From the NCBI GenBank assembly GCA_963665275.2, contig CAXXIN010000018.1, positions 128,001-192,000 of the forward strand: 64,000 bases of DNA. Reading direction: 5' to 3'. The notes beneath the pieces were generated by a model. It did not search any database, was not told the DNA's origin, and saw nothing but the letters and a program-made list of their open reading frames with translations. Shown here one piece after another: positions 40,931-50,600 of this stretch (position 1 is the first letter of the stretch; each line of letters opens with the position of its first letter). The position numbers were made by a program, and so were the translations under genes. The DNA is from Negativicutes bacterium (GTDB lineage: Bacteria; Bacillota; Negativicutes; UBA1444).

Positions 40931-41271
40931 TCTTTAGTACTCCTGTTATTTCCTGGCGAATTTGAAAAAAATCATCAAAACTTATCATATCAATAATTGA
41001 TGGATTTGTCGAATAGGTATTCCCCTATTCACGAAATCATAGCACAGGAGTTGCTGTTAAATGGCGGAAACAAAAAAAACAGCAGAATACTTGCAAATCT
41101 CACTCCGTTACTTATATACTTATCTGGAGTATATTAGGAAAGTCGGTAGAGCGCTGAAAAGTAGAGAATCCTCAAAACCATGTGTTTGGATTATTGCTCC
41201 GCAAAACTGTAGTGTGATGGTGAAAAGCGGGGTGCGTATAAATGTGGATGCCAAATCCGAGGATGGTTGTT

Positions 41272-41646
41272 TTGAAAGTATTAATTGTTGAAGATTCGGC
41301 CTTTGCCCGCGTGGTTGCACTTAAGGTTATTGGTACGTTGCTGCCGAGCGCTGAACTTTTTGAAGCTGTTGACGGAGAAGCCGGTTTAGCCAGCTTCCAT
41401 TCTGTCTGTCCGGATTTGATTATTACAGACTTGCTGATGCCAAAAATGACGGGCGATGAAATGATTCGGGAGATTCGCCTCACGGATACACGGATACCAA
41501 TCATCGTTATGACTGCAAATGTTCAAAAACCAGTTCGCGAAAAGCTCGAAGCCATGGACGTCGCTGGTGTTGTGGCGAAACCTCTGATCGGCGACGGCGT
41601 GAAAAAATTGCAGGAACTGGTAGCGGAGTGCATGCATGTTGAATGA
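41272..41646 (+). CDS. Single-domain (CheY-like) response regulator
   Basis: KVLIVEDS, LIITDLLMPKMTG, IIVMTAN, VAKPL. Confidence 0.92.
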   Translation: MKVLIVEDSAFARVVALKVIGTLLPSAELFEAVDGEAGLASFHSVCPDLIITDLLMPKMTGDEMIREIRLTDTRIPIIVMTANVQKPVREKLEAMDVAGVVAKPLIGDGVKKLQELVAECMHVE

Positions 41647-42283
41647 GGTTCAAAAAGATATTCTCTGTGAAATCATAAATATTTATATTGGACAAGCGGC
41701 CAGTTTGCTTTCCGACATGACGGGTCAGGAAATCCGTTTGAATGTACCACAGGTGATTCTTCTAACCGGCGCTTCTATTGAAGATCAATCCCCTGTTGCT
41801 GACGACATTTGGACTCAGGGACATATTGTTTCTTCTTCGATTCTATTTTCACAGGGACTTCATGGAAAAACTTTTTTGATGTTCCCTGCCTCACAGGCGA
41901 AGACGTTGGTCAATGCGTGTCTGGGTGAGGCGAATTTGGTTCATAGCGGAGAGGATTCCCGCGACTTGCTCGACACTGATTTTGACGTATTGAAAGAAGT
42001 GGCCAATGTCATTCTTAATTCCATTATGGGTGGATTTGGAGACTTACTGGATACTTGCCTTGAATATTCTGTGCCGGAAATCGAGATGCTTTTTGCGCTG
42101 GATAATGAACAACGGCAATTTTTATCGCAACAGACAAGTGTCTTACTTCTGAGAACCGAGCTGTTTCTCAAAGAGGAGTCAGTTCAGGGAATGATCCTCA
42201 TCGCATTTGGGATGGAATCCATTACTCTGCTGCTCGAAAAAATTAATGCAATGGCAGAAGGTGCTTCTGATTATGCTGGATGA
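41636..42283 (+). CDS. CheC-family phosphatase
   Basis: Two ExxN motifs (DILCEIINIYIGQAASLLS; DVLKEVANVILNS) and EYSVP. Confidence 0.85.
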   Translation: MLNEVQKDILCEIINIYIGQAASLLSDMTGQEIRLNVPQVILLTGASIEDQSPVADDIWTQGHIVSSSILFSQGLHGKTFLMFPASQAKTLVNACLGEANLVHSGEDSRDLLDTDFDVLKEVANVILNSIMGGFGDLLDTCLEYSVPEIEMLFALDNEQRQFLSQQTSVLLLRTELFLKEESVQGMILIAFGMESITLLLEKINAMAEGASDYAG

Positions 42284-43223
42284 ACTTGTTCTCGACCGGA
42301 TTGAAGTTGGACTGTTGTTGTTGGACTCTTCCTTGAAAATTATTAAGTGTAATCACTATCTGGAGAACTTGGCGAAAAAAACGCAACAAGAAATTCTGAA
42401 TCAACCGATTGATCAGGTATTTACACGTTTTGGCGTTCCGAGATATAAACAAATTTTGCTTGATTGTCTGACGCGGGGGCAGATTCGTTTTTGTTCGGGT
42501 ATGATGCATTCGGTTTTTGTAACTTCTGTCAATGTTCCTCAGTTGCATCAAAGCCGCCAAAATCTGCAGGTCCGACGGTTGGAAAGCAACGGCGATTTTT
42601 TTGTCTTATTACAAATTACTGATATCAGCGATCATTTTCAACGGGTGTTTCATCTCAAGCATCTGATTAAAGATTTGGGCGCTGATTATGAGCAGGCGAA
42701 AGCAACCGGCGAAAGTATGCGAAAACAGGCTTATTATGATCACCTGACCGGGGTATATAATCGTAATTTTTTTATGCATCAATTGCGTTATGAGATCAAA
42801 CAGACGGAACGAAACCAACGCCAAGTGGCAGTCCTGTTTTTAGATCTTGATGGATTCAAATCCGTTAATGACTCTTTTGGCCATTCTTCGGGCGATTTAC
42901 TGCTGCAACAGACCGCGGCGCGTTTGCGGGAATGTGTCAGGGGCACTGACATCATCAGCCGTTTTGGCGGTGATGAGTTCGCATTGATTTTGACTAATAT
43001 CGAGATGAAGGAAAATGTCATCAAGGTGGCGGAGAAAATTCGTAAATCTTTGTTCGTTCCGTATGACCTAGCGGGGATTCAGGTCTCCGTCTCCGCCAGC
43101 ATCGGTTGCAGTATGTATCCGTATGATTCGGTAGATCCGCAGGCATTGATTGATTTAGCGGATCGGGCCATGTACCAGGTTAAATTCGGCGGCAAAAATA
43201 GTGTGGCTTTTTATCAATGTTGA
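42273..43223 (+). CDS. PAS-GGDEF diguanylate cyclase
   Basis: N-terminal PAS-like region; DHLTGVYNR, DLDGFKSVNDSFGH, RGTD I-site, RFGGDEF. Confidence 0.93.
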   Translation: MLDELVLDRIEVGLLLLDSSLKIIKCNHYLENLAKKTQQEILNQPIDQVFTRFGVPRYKQILLDCLTRGQIRFCSGMMHSVFVTSVNVPQLHQSRQNLQVRRLESNGDFFVLLQITDISDHFQRVFHLKHLIKDLGADYEQAKATGESMRKQAYYDHLTGVYNRNFFMHQLRYEIKQTERNQRQVAVLFLDLDGFKSVNDSFGHSSGDLLLQQTAARLRECVRGTDIISRFGGDEFALILTNIEMKENVIKVAEKIRKSLFVPYDLAGIQVSVSASIGCSMYPYDSVDPQALIDLADRAMYQVKFGGKNSVAFYQC

Positions 43224-43253
43224 TCTTGAGCGTTTGATATAGAAGGGTTGCCC

Positions 43254-43574
43254 ATGTCGGATGAGCGCAGGAACTTTACCCGGGTGCTTTTTCGCGTTTT
43301 CGCTGAAAGATACTATTAGGCGTGGTCGTCACCGGACAGGTAACTGATTTAAGCTTAAAAGGACTGTTTTTAAATACAGACAGGGTCATGGCGGTCGGTG
43401 AGAGGGTGGAAATGAAGCTGTGGTTGGCGGCGACCAATCCTCCGCTGGAATTTCATCTTCGGGCCGAAGATTTCTGAAGCAGATGCGCAGTCATTCACGC
43501 ACTTGCGCAATATTGTTGCCATGCAGGCCGATGACCCAGACCATGTTTTGGATGAACTGTTGCCCAAACATTGA
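43254..43574 (+). pseudogene. Disrupted PilZ-domain gene
   Basis: Three frames give MSDERRNFTRV (RxxxR), VTDLSLKGLFL (DxSxxG) and DAQSFTHLRNIV...LDEL. There are two frame breaks, the second with an apparent deletion. Confidence 0.8.
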
Positions 43575-43609
43575 CAGATTGCCTCGAAGAATGACGGAAT
43601 GTTACACCC

Positions 43610-43637
43610 AAAAGCTCGAAAGTCTTCGGGCTTTTTT
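43610..43637 (+). terminator. Intrinsic terminator
   Basis: AAAAGCTCGAA-agtc-TTCGGGCTTTTTT closing the CheY-CheC-DGC-PilZ unit. Confidence 0.75.
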
Positions 43638-43777
43638 GTTTTTACAGAATTAATTGTTTATTGCAGGGAAAATATGAATCGGTGTAGAAAAAACTAGTAT
43701 CAGTTAAATCGCGGGATAGCGCCGGAGGGGAGAGGGTTGCCGCAAACGATCAAAAAGCTGGAGATGCGAGACTTTTT

Positions 43778-45769
43778 TTGCGTGCTCAGGACGAGTTGGA
43801 AGCTGAGCAACAACTTTTTAATGATTTGTTTGAATATGCTCCGGTCGGTTACATCGTTCTGAATTCAGAGGGACAGATTTGCCAAATTAATCCGTCGGGA
43901 GCTGCCTTGCTTGGAGAAGAGCAGGCGGATATGGGAGGGCAGTTTTTTGGTGGATTTGTGGCTGACGCGGATCATGGGACCTTTATTGACTTTTTGCAGA
44001 GGATTTTTCAAAGTGAGGCTAGGGAATCATGTGAGCTGGGCATCAACAACAGACGGGAGAGGCTGCTGTTCGTCCACATGGAAGGAATGGCAGCGGCGAA
44101 CAAGGAAGAATGCCGTGTTATTTTGAGAGATGTCACAGAAGCCAGGATCGTGAAGGAGTCAATGTCGTTCAATGAGGCCAAGTATAGGGCCCTATTTGAA
44201 AACCTCAGTGTTGCCTTCAGCTATCAGCAAATATTGAAGGATTCCGATGGGAAGGTTTGCGATTCGATTATCTTGGAAGCAAACTCCTTGTATTGTGCAA
44301 TGCTTGGCAAGACCTTGCCCGAATTTATCGGCAGGAAAAAAAGTGAAGTCGGCCTTTTCAGCCTGAGTTCGGATTTTGACTGGAAAACACTCTATCATCG
44401 AGGGCTAGAGACAGGCCATCCGGTAACTTTTGAATATTATGTCGATGCTTTGAAACGCTGGTTTCTGATCATTGCCTTTGTTCCCTCCCCTCAGCATATT
44501 GCCTTCATTTATCTGGATACTACAGAGACAAAAGAAAAAGAACAGCTCCTGATCGAAAGCGAAAAACGTTACCGTTCACTGGTGCGAGAAGCAAACGCCA
44601 TTATTATGATTTTAACCAACGACGGCGAAATTTCATTTATGAATGAGTTCGGTCTGGTTTTCTTTGGTTATCGTAGTGAAGAGCTAATCGGAAAATGCGT
44701 TTTTGGGACTATTGTTTGTCCAGAGAACCTAAAAGATAGGGACCCAAAGCAGCTTTTCAAGAAATTCAAAGCCAAAATCCAACGGCATCATCGGGGTCTG
44801 ATTGAAAGTGTCACAGTTTCGGGTCAACGTGTGCTGGTGGACTGGACTGTGCAGGAGTGCCAAAATTTTATCGGCGAAGAGGCTAGCTATGTCGCGGTAG
44901 GGATCGACGCTATCGACGCGAAAAGATCCCAGCGGGAGCTGGGAAAACAGAATGATCGAAACAGACGCAAGAGTTTATTTAATGACGGAATTAATCGAAG
45001 GATTTCTCAGTCGGAGCTCGTAGGGGCAGCCAAGCAGTTGGGGATACTATTGGTTCCGCCTTTTTCGTTCGTGCTGATGGATCTCGGAAAACTGAATAAG
45101 TCTGAGCATCAGGGGAAAATGGAAAACTTCATAGAATTGCTGCATCCATGGGATACGGGGGCTGCATGGCTGACCAGCGAAGGCGTCGCTGTCGTAAAAT
45201 CATTGCCGGAGTCCTCGGCCAAAGACGTGTTGAAAGTGGTTCGTGCTACTGCGGATGAAATATTGAATAAGGCGTCACAGTACGGATTTTCAAACAAAGA
45301 TATTCATATCGGCTGCGCCCACTCAACGCACCCGATGCAGTCCATTGCCGAGTTGTACGATCAGGCCTATGCAGCTCTCTCCTACGGGCCGGTAATCCAT
45401 GCCGAACGTCTGCTGCATCATTGGGACGACTTGGGGTTCTATCAGTTTATTGTCAAAGATCTGCAGACCGGAATGGCGCATCAGTTTGTGCAGGACCAAC
45501 TGGGACCGCTAATGCAGATGAACCGGACTGGCGCCAGAGACGAGCTGTTGGAGACGTTGCGTGAGATCGTTTCAGGAACGTCTGCCCAACTGATTTCGGA
45601 GCGGCTTCATATACACCGGCAAACCTTAGTTTTCCGTAAAAAAGGGTTGGAAAAAATTCTAGGTGTCGATCTGGATTCGGCAGAAGTTATTCTAAACATA
45701 GCAATCGCGATTAAAATGATGTCGATGTCGGAGCAAGAAAAGACCCCGACAGCATCTCGTTATTCATAA
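43778..45769 (+). CDS. PAS-PAS-PAS-PucR/CdaR-family transcriptional regulator (copy 1)
   Basis: Three PAS segments (LFEYAPVGY; KYRALFENL; SEKRYRSLV), CdaR-like middle (ELYDQAYAAL...HWDDLGFYQF), C-terminal HTH LHIHRQTLVFRKKGLEKILGVDL. The true start may be TTG 43737 across a T7 run. Confidence 0.88.
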   Translation: MRAQDELEAEQQLFNDLFEYAPVGYIVLNSEGQICQINPSGAALLGEEQADMGGQFFGGFVADADHGTFIDFLQRIFQSEARESCELGINNRRERLLFVHMEGMAAANKEECRVILRDVTEARIVKESMSFNEAKYRALFENLSVAFSYQQILKDSDGKVCDSIILEANSLYCAMLGKTLPEFIGRKKSEVGLFSLSSDFDWKTLYHRGLETGHPVTFEYYVDALKRWFLIIAFVPSPQHIAFIYLDTTETKEKEQLLIESEKRYRSLVREANAIIMILTNDGEISFMNEFGLVFFGYRSEELIGKCVFGTIVCPENLKDRDPKQLFKKFKAKIQRHHRGLIESVTVSGQRVLVDWTVQECQNFIGEEASYVAVGIDAIDAKRSQRELGKQNDRNRRKSLFNDGINRRISQSELVGAAKQLGILLVPPFSFVLMDLGKLNKSEHQGKMENFIELLHPWDTGAAWLTSEGVAVVKSLPESSAKDVLKVVRATADEILNKASQYGFSNKDIHIGCAHSTHPMQSIAELYDQAYAALSYGPVIHAERLLHHWDDLGFYQFIVKDLQTGMAHQFVQDQLGPLMQMNRTGARDELLETLREIVSGTSAQLISERLHIHRQTLVFRKKGLEKILGVDLDSAEVILNIAIAIKMMSMSEQEKTPTASRYS

Positions 45770-45908
45770 AGGATAAAAACGCCTTGCTTTTTGAAGAGAA
45801 TTTTATCACAGCGCACGAAGGGGATATATCGTCCATTGAGGAAAATAGTTCACATCGGGATGGAAGGGGTCTTTGGTTGGCAGTTTTTTGATAGGGGAGG
45901 GGCTATGG

Positions 45909-46130
45909 ATGATTGATGTCACGGCGTCGCGGGATGGGGAAATACGGGAAATTGCGATCCGAGTCGGAGATGTTGTGCGGAAGAATCAAGAACTTATGCT
46001 GATTGGCTCGCCTGAATTGAGCACTTTAATTCTGGCAGTTGCAACAGGGAAAATTGAAAATATTCTTGTTAGAGTAGGGGATAAGGTCAAGTCAGGTCAG
46101 GTATTGGTCAAAATTGATCCCCAACCGTGA
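45909..46130 (+). CDS. Stand-alone biotinyl/lipoyl-like domain protein lacking the acceptor lysine
   Basis: 73 aa, GGAGG SD; VTASRDGEI.EIAIRVGDVV...ATGKIENILVRVGDKVKSGQVLVKI. The EAMKM position reads GSPEL. Confidence 0.82.
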   Translation: MIDVTASRDGEIREIAIRVGDVVRKNQELMLIGSPELSTLILAVATGKIENILVRVGDKVKSGQVLVKIDPQP

Positions 46131-46201
46131 TGCGTGAGTTGCCCCAGCATTTGAATGAAAGCCTTTTCGCGATCTGATGGAATAGTGAGGAGGGCGTCCT
46201 G

Positions 46202-48257
46202 ATGAACGGAGACGCAAGTGTTCCCGATTCAGGTGTTTTTTTATCTCAAGAAAAAATGCACTTGTCCCGAGTGGAGTTAGTTGAAGGCTTGGAAAAATAT
46301 TCCGAAGTTTTTGGCTGTTATCTGATTCTCAACCGCGCTGGAGTTATACAATACATAAACCTGAAAGGCATCGATATTCTTGAGTCGGAAAGTTTACGCC
46401 AGCATGGATGGCGGTTAGATTGCTTCCTTTCGAAAAACGACCGCGTGGTTTTCAACGAATTTTTGATGCGGGTTTTCAAGAATCAGACTCAGGAACATTG
46501 TGAAGTTCTGTTGTTATCTTCTGGTGGCAGCACACTTTGGGTTCGTATGGAAGGCAAGGCCTCTAAGGAGGGGAAAGCCTGCCATGTGGTATTGATTGAT
46601 ATTACTGATCACAAGCAGATGGAGGTGTCATTGTCTGCTAGTGAATTCAAATATCGGGCTCTTTTTGCCAATATGAGTACAGCCTTTAGTTATCATAAAT
46701 TCATCCGCGATAAACACGGTAATACTTACGAGCCCATACTAATCCAGGCAAATGACGCGTACGGAACTATGCTGGGAAGGCCGGTTTGTGAAATTATCGG
46801 TAAAAAATGCAGTGAACTCAATGAAGCAGGGACGGCGCCGCTATTGGACTGGGAGCGGCTTTGCACAGACGTGGTGATCAAAAGCCAGCCAGCTTGTTTC
46901 GATTATTATGATACATCTCTCAAACGCTGGCTTTCAGTCATTGCCTACAGTCCAGCACCTGAACATATGGCGCTTGTATATGTCGATATCACCAAGACCA
47001 AAATTGCCGAAAAGCAGGTTGCGGAGAGTGAAAAGCGATACCGTAATCTCGTCCAGGGAACGGATGTTTTGATCATGATCATCAACGAGCGCTCTGAAAT
47101 CAATTTCATCAATGAATATGGGCTCGCTTTTTTGGGTTTCAGTGGGGAAGAGCTGCTTGGGAAATCGGTGTTTGACACAATAGTCCCAATATATGATACA
47201 CCGGGAAGTTCTATACAGGATGTTTTCAATAGATTCAAATCCCGGCCCGGACAAAAGCACCGGCATACTCTGGAAAACATTACCGGCTCAGGCGGCCGGG
47301 TTTGGATTGACTGGACAAGTCATTCCTTGAACGATCCCAAAACAGGAGAACATATCCTTATCTGTGTTGGAGTCGACGTAACTGAAAATAAGCGATCAGA
47401 GCAGGAGTCCCTGCGCCGGATGGCGCAACAGCGGCAAAGAGATTTCTTTAAACGACTCCATCAAACGGGGGATAGGTGTTGGAGAATGGTTGTCCGCTGC
47501 GAAGCTTATGGGTATTGAAATCCAACCTCCCTTTATCCTGTCTTTGGTTGAAATTCCTCCGCAACTTGTTGCACCTGGCGTTTCGGAACAGGTCCGTATT
47601 GAATGTCAGCATGCGATCGACAGCCTGATCGAGACACTGCAATATGTAGGAACGGGCGTGACTTGGCATGCTGCTGATGGGATTGCTATTTTGCGTCCAG
47701 TTCCCGGTCAAATTGAGTGTAGCCCTTCGGAACGATCACGGACTATTGCTGCAGACATAGTGAAAATAGCATCACGATATTGGAATGGCCTGCCTTTGCG
47801 AATGGGGATTTCCCGCTTTTCCCAGGATCAGAGCATCGCGGAAATGTATGCGCAGGCGCAGGCAGCAATAACTTACGGGCCAATCCTTCATCCGGACCAA
47901 TCAATTCATTGCTGGCATGATCTGGGTTGTTATCAGTTCATCCTAAACGATCTGGAATCGGAACAATCGCGGCGCTTCGTTAAGGATGCATTGGGGCCCC
48001 TGATGATTGAAAATTTCACGGAAGATCCCGGTGAGCTCCTCCTTACGCTGGGCGCGTTATTGACAGGAGATTCAGCACAGGTAGTTGCAAAAAAACTGCA
48101 TATTCATCCCCAAACCGTAGCTTTCCGCAAGAAAAAAATTGAAAAATGTCTAAACGTTGATTTAAATTGTATGGAAACCCGTCTCAAGCTTATGATTGCG
48201 ACGAGATTGTTGTCTTTTATGGAAAAAAATGTTCGAATGGCCCATCTTGTAGGTTGA
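46202..48257 (+). CDS. PAS-PAS-PAS-PucR/CdaR-family regulator (copy 2), split by a +1 indel near 47448
   Basis: ORFs 46202-47518 and 47490-48257 are colinear with copy 1. Removing one T in GATTTCTTTAAAC gives DFLNDSIKRGIG, matching copy 1 SLFNDGINRRIS. HTH LHIHPQTVAFRKKKIEKCL. Confidence 0.85.
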
Positions 48258-48260
48258 TAG

Positions 48261-48311
48261 AAAAAGCAAGACCTGTTTTATCGTATTACGATAAAACAGG
48301 TCTTGCTTTTT
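48261..48311. terminator. Perfect palindromic terminator (25-bp arms, 1-nt centre)
   Basis: AAAAAGCAAGACCTGTTTTATCGTA-t-TACGATAAAACAGGTCTTGCTTTTT immediately after the copy 2 stop. Confidence 0.85.
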
Positions 48312-48696
48312 TGCCAAATACTATCATGATTATCGAAGAAAAGTGCGATGAGATATGGGAAAATGATAATAAAGCTATGTGTTACGAGCCAGCTCCAATA
48401 GACCAGATACGAAGGAAGTGAAACTAAATGTGCGTGGTTCAGGATTATAACCAACTTGCAGAAGCGATACGTCAGGAAAGCGCGGGAAGTATTGGCCATT
48501 AGAGAGTTGGCGAAAGATCTTATAGTCGCTCTGACGGAGGCGAATGGAAACTCTTGCAAGAATGGACGTATGCAAGAATTTTTGAAACAAATTCAAAATT
48601 ATTATACGAGCAATTACCGACAGACTTCGTGTCTTGTTCCACTCATGCTGCATCAGAACGTCAGAGGTTACGCAAAAACGGAAAAGGGTGAAGGCT

Positions 48697-50446
48697 GTGG
48701 TTGCTAATATAACGAAGCGCTTGCCGCGGAATGGTAATAATGCCAAGAAAGCGCCTGTGAAAGCGCGTTCAAACCATGAGCATTGTCAAAGCATACTTGA
48801 GCACCTCAATGCCTATATTTACAGCGTTGAATACTACAAAGGATTGATTAGGTCAATATATCACAGTCCCCAATGTCTGCAAATTACTGGATATAGCGCG
48901 GAGGAGTATTATCGTAATGATGAGCTCTGGCTTCGCATGATTCATAAGGAAGATTGCCCAATGATCCTGGAGTTCCTTCGCGATGTATGGGGTGACAAAA
49001 AAAGACTCCCGATTGAACACCGGATCATCCACAAGGATGGCACGGAGCGTTGGGGTGCTGAACAATTGCGCGGCGCAGCGCGACAGGAAAGGCAAGGTGC
49101 TACGCCTGGACGGGTCAATTCTCGATATCACCGACCTGAAGAATACGGAGGAAAAGACTGCGTTTCTTACCCATTATGATCCCCTTACCAAACTTCCCAA
49201 CCGGAATATGCTCAATAACCGGCTGGATAAAGCAATTAATGTGGCCCGACGCGAAAAGAAGGGATTGGCATTGTTGTTTCTGGATTTGGATAATTTTAAA
49301 TTCGTCAATGACTCGTTGGGACACGACATCGGCGATAAAATGCTGATTGAGATCAGCAAAAAACTAAATGCCCTTGTTAGAGGCGGCGATACGGTAGCTC
49401 GCCTGGGGGGCGACGAGTTTGTCATTGTGCTATGGGACTGTGGAGTGGACGGAGCGGCCCTCGTTGCTGAAAAGTTGACATCCTCCCATATAACAATAGA
49501 TGGTGCGGATTTTGCCGTCAGCATCAGTATCGGGATCAGTATTTTTCCAGAAGATGGACAAGACCGGCAGTTGCTGATCAAGCATGCCGACATGGCAATG
49601 TATCACGCTAAGAGAGCTAGCCGCGGCAGCTATCAGTTTTTCACGCCGGAAATGAACCGGCGGGTCAAGGAACGATTTCAGCTTGGGATGGAAATTCAGC
49701 GCGGACTAGAGCAGAATGAGTTTGTATTATTTTATCAACCCGTTGTCAGAATGCGTACAGGCAGAATCTGTGGGATGAAAGCTCTGGTTCGATGGATTCA
49801 TCCTCTGCGGGGTGTTATCCTGCCGGGGGAATTCATTTCTGTTGCCGAGGAAAGCGGACTGATCGCGCGACTCAGTGAATGGGCTGTAATCAAGGCCTGT
49901 GAACAAATCAAGATGTGGCAGCCACATGGCGGTAAAATCTCAGTCGCTGTGAAATTGTTTGATGACTGTTTTCAGGGCATCGGATTTGCCGAGGTTGTAC
50001 GGACTGTTTTGGAAAGAACCAAGATTTTACCTTCTTGCCTCGAATTGGAATTTACAGAAAACGCTATTATGCAAGACCCGCAAAAAGCCTATGACAACTT
50101 GACGAAAATGAAGGCAATGGGATTGAGGTTATCGATTGATGATTTTGGAACCGGCTATTCAAGCCTAATCTTTCTAAAGAAATTACCGGTGGATAAGCTG
50201 CGGATTGACAGTTCCTTTGTGCGCGAGATGGCGGAAGGTTTGGACGAGATGGCCTTGGTGCGGGCGATTTTGGGAATAGGGCATAGCATGAACGCTGTAG
50301 TGGTGGCTGAAGGAGTCGAAACCGCTTCCCAGTTCCATTTTCTTCGTGCTGAAGGCTGTGACGAGGGGATGGGATATTATTTCTGCCGCCCGATGCCTGC
50401 CAATGATGTTACGCCAATTTTGGAAAATGGGGTTGTGTTTTCGTAA
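48697..50446 (+). CDS. PAS-GGDEF-EAL protein with degenerate EAL, split by a +1 indel near 49053
   Basis: PAS_3 (ITGYSAEEY...W...IHKED...EHRIIHKDGTERW|VLNN...DITDLK) joined by removing one G in TGGGGTG. RLGGDEF is intact; EAL reads KAL. Start uncertain. Confidence 0.82.
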
Positions 50447-50466
50447 TCTGGCATCCATCGATTTAA

Positions 50467-50565
50467 TTGACACCCTCCTTGAATGTGTACTAAAATAAAT
50501 ATCAGTTATGAATGCGTTAATAGAAGCGGAACGCTAGCTTATAGTTAGCGTTCACAGCTTTTTTT
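50467..50565 (+). promoter_or_regulatory. SigA promoter and terminator-containing leader of lysA
   Basis: TTGACA-18-TAAAAT, then hairpin GAACGCTAGC-ttata-GTTAGCGTTC with T7 before the lysA start. Confidence 0.55.
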
Positions 50566-50600
50566 ATTTGTGGCGTTGTGTCCATTGAAAGGGGAAAAAT

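Noticed and set aside
48456-48707. 83-aa ORF upstream of the PAS-GGDEF-EAL gene
   Set aside because: No SD or motif recognised; it cannot be supported as a gene from sequence alone.
28027-50446. Accessory regions as prophage, ICE or IS-bounded islands
   Set aside because: No integrase, transposase, phage gene, tRNA or att-like direct repeat was seen.
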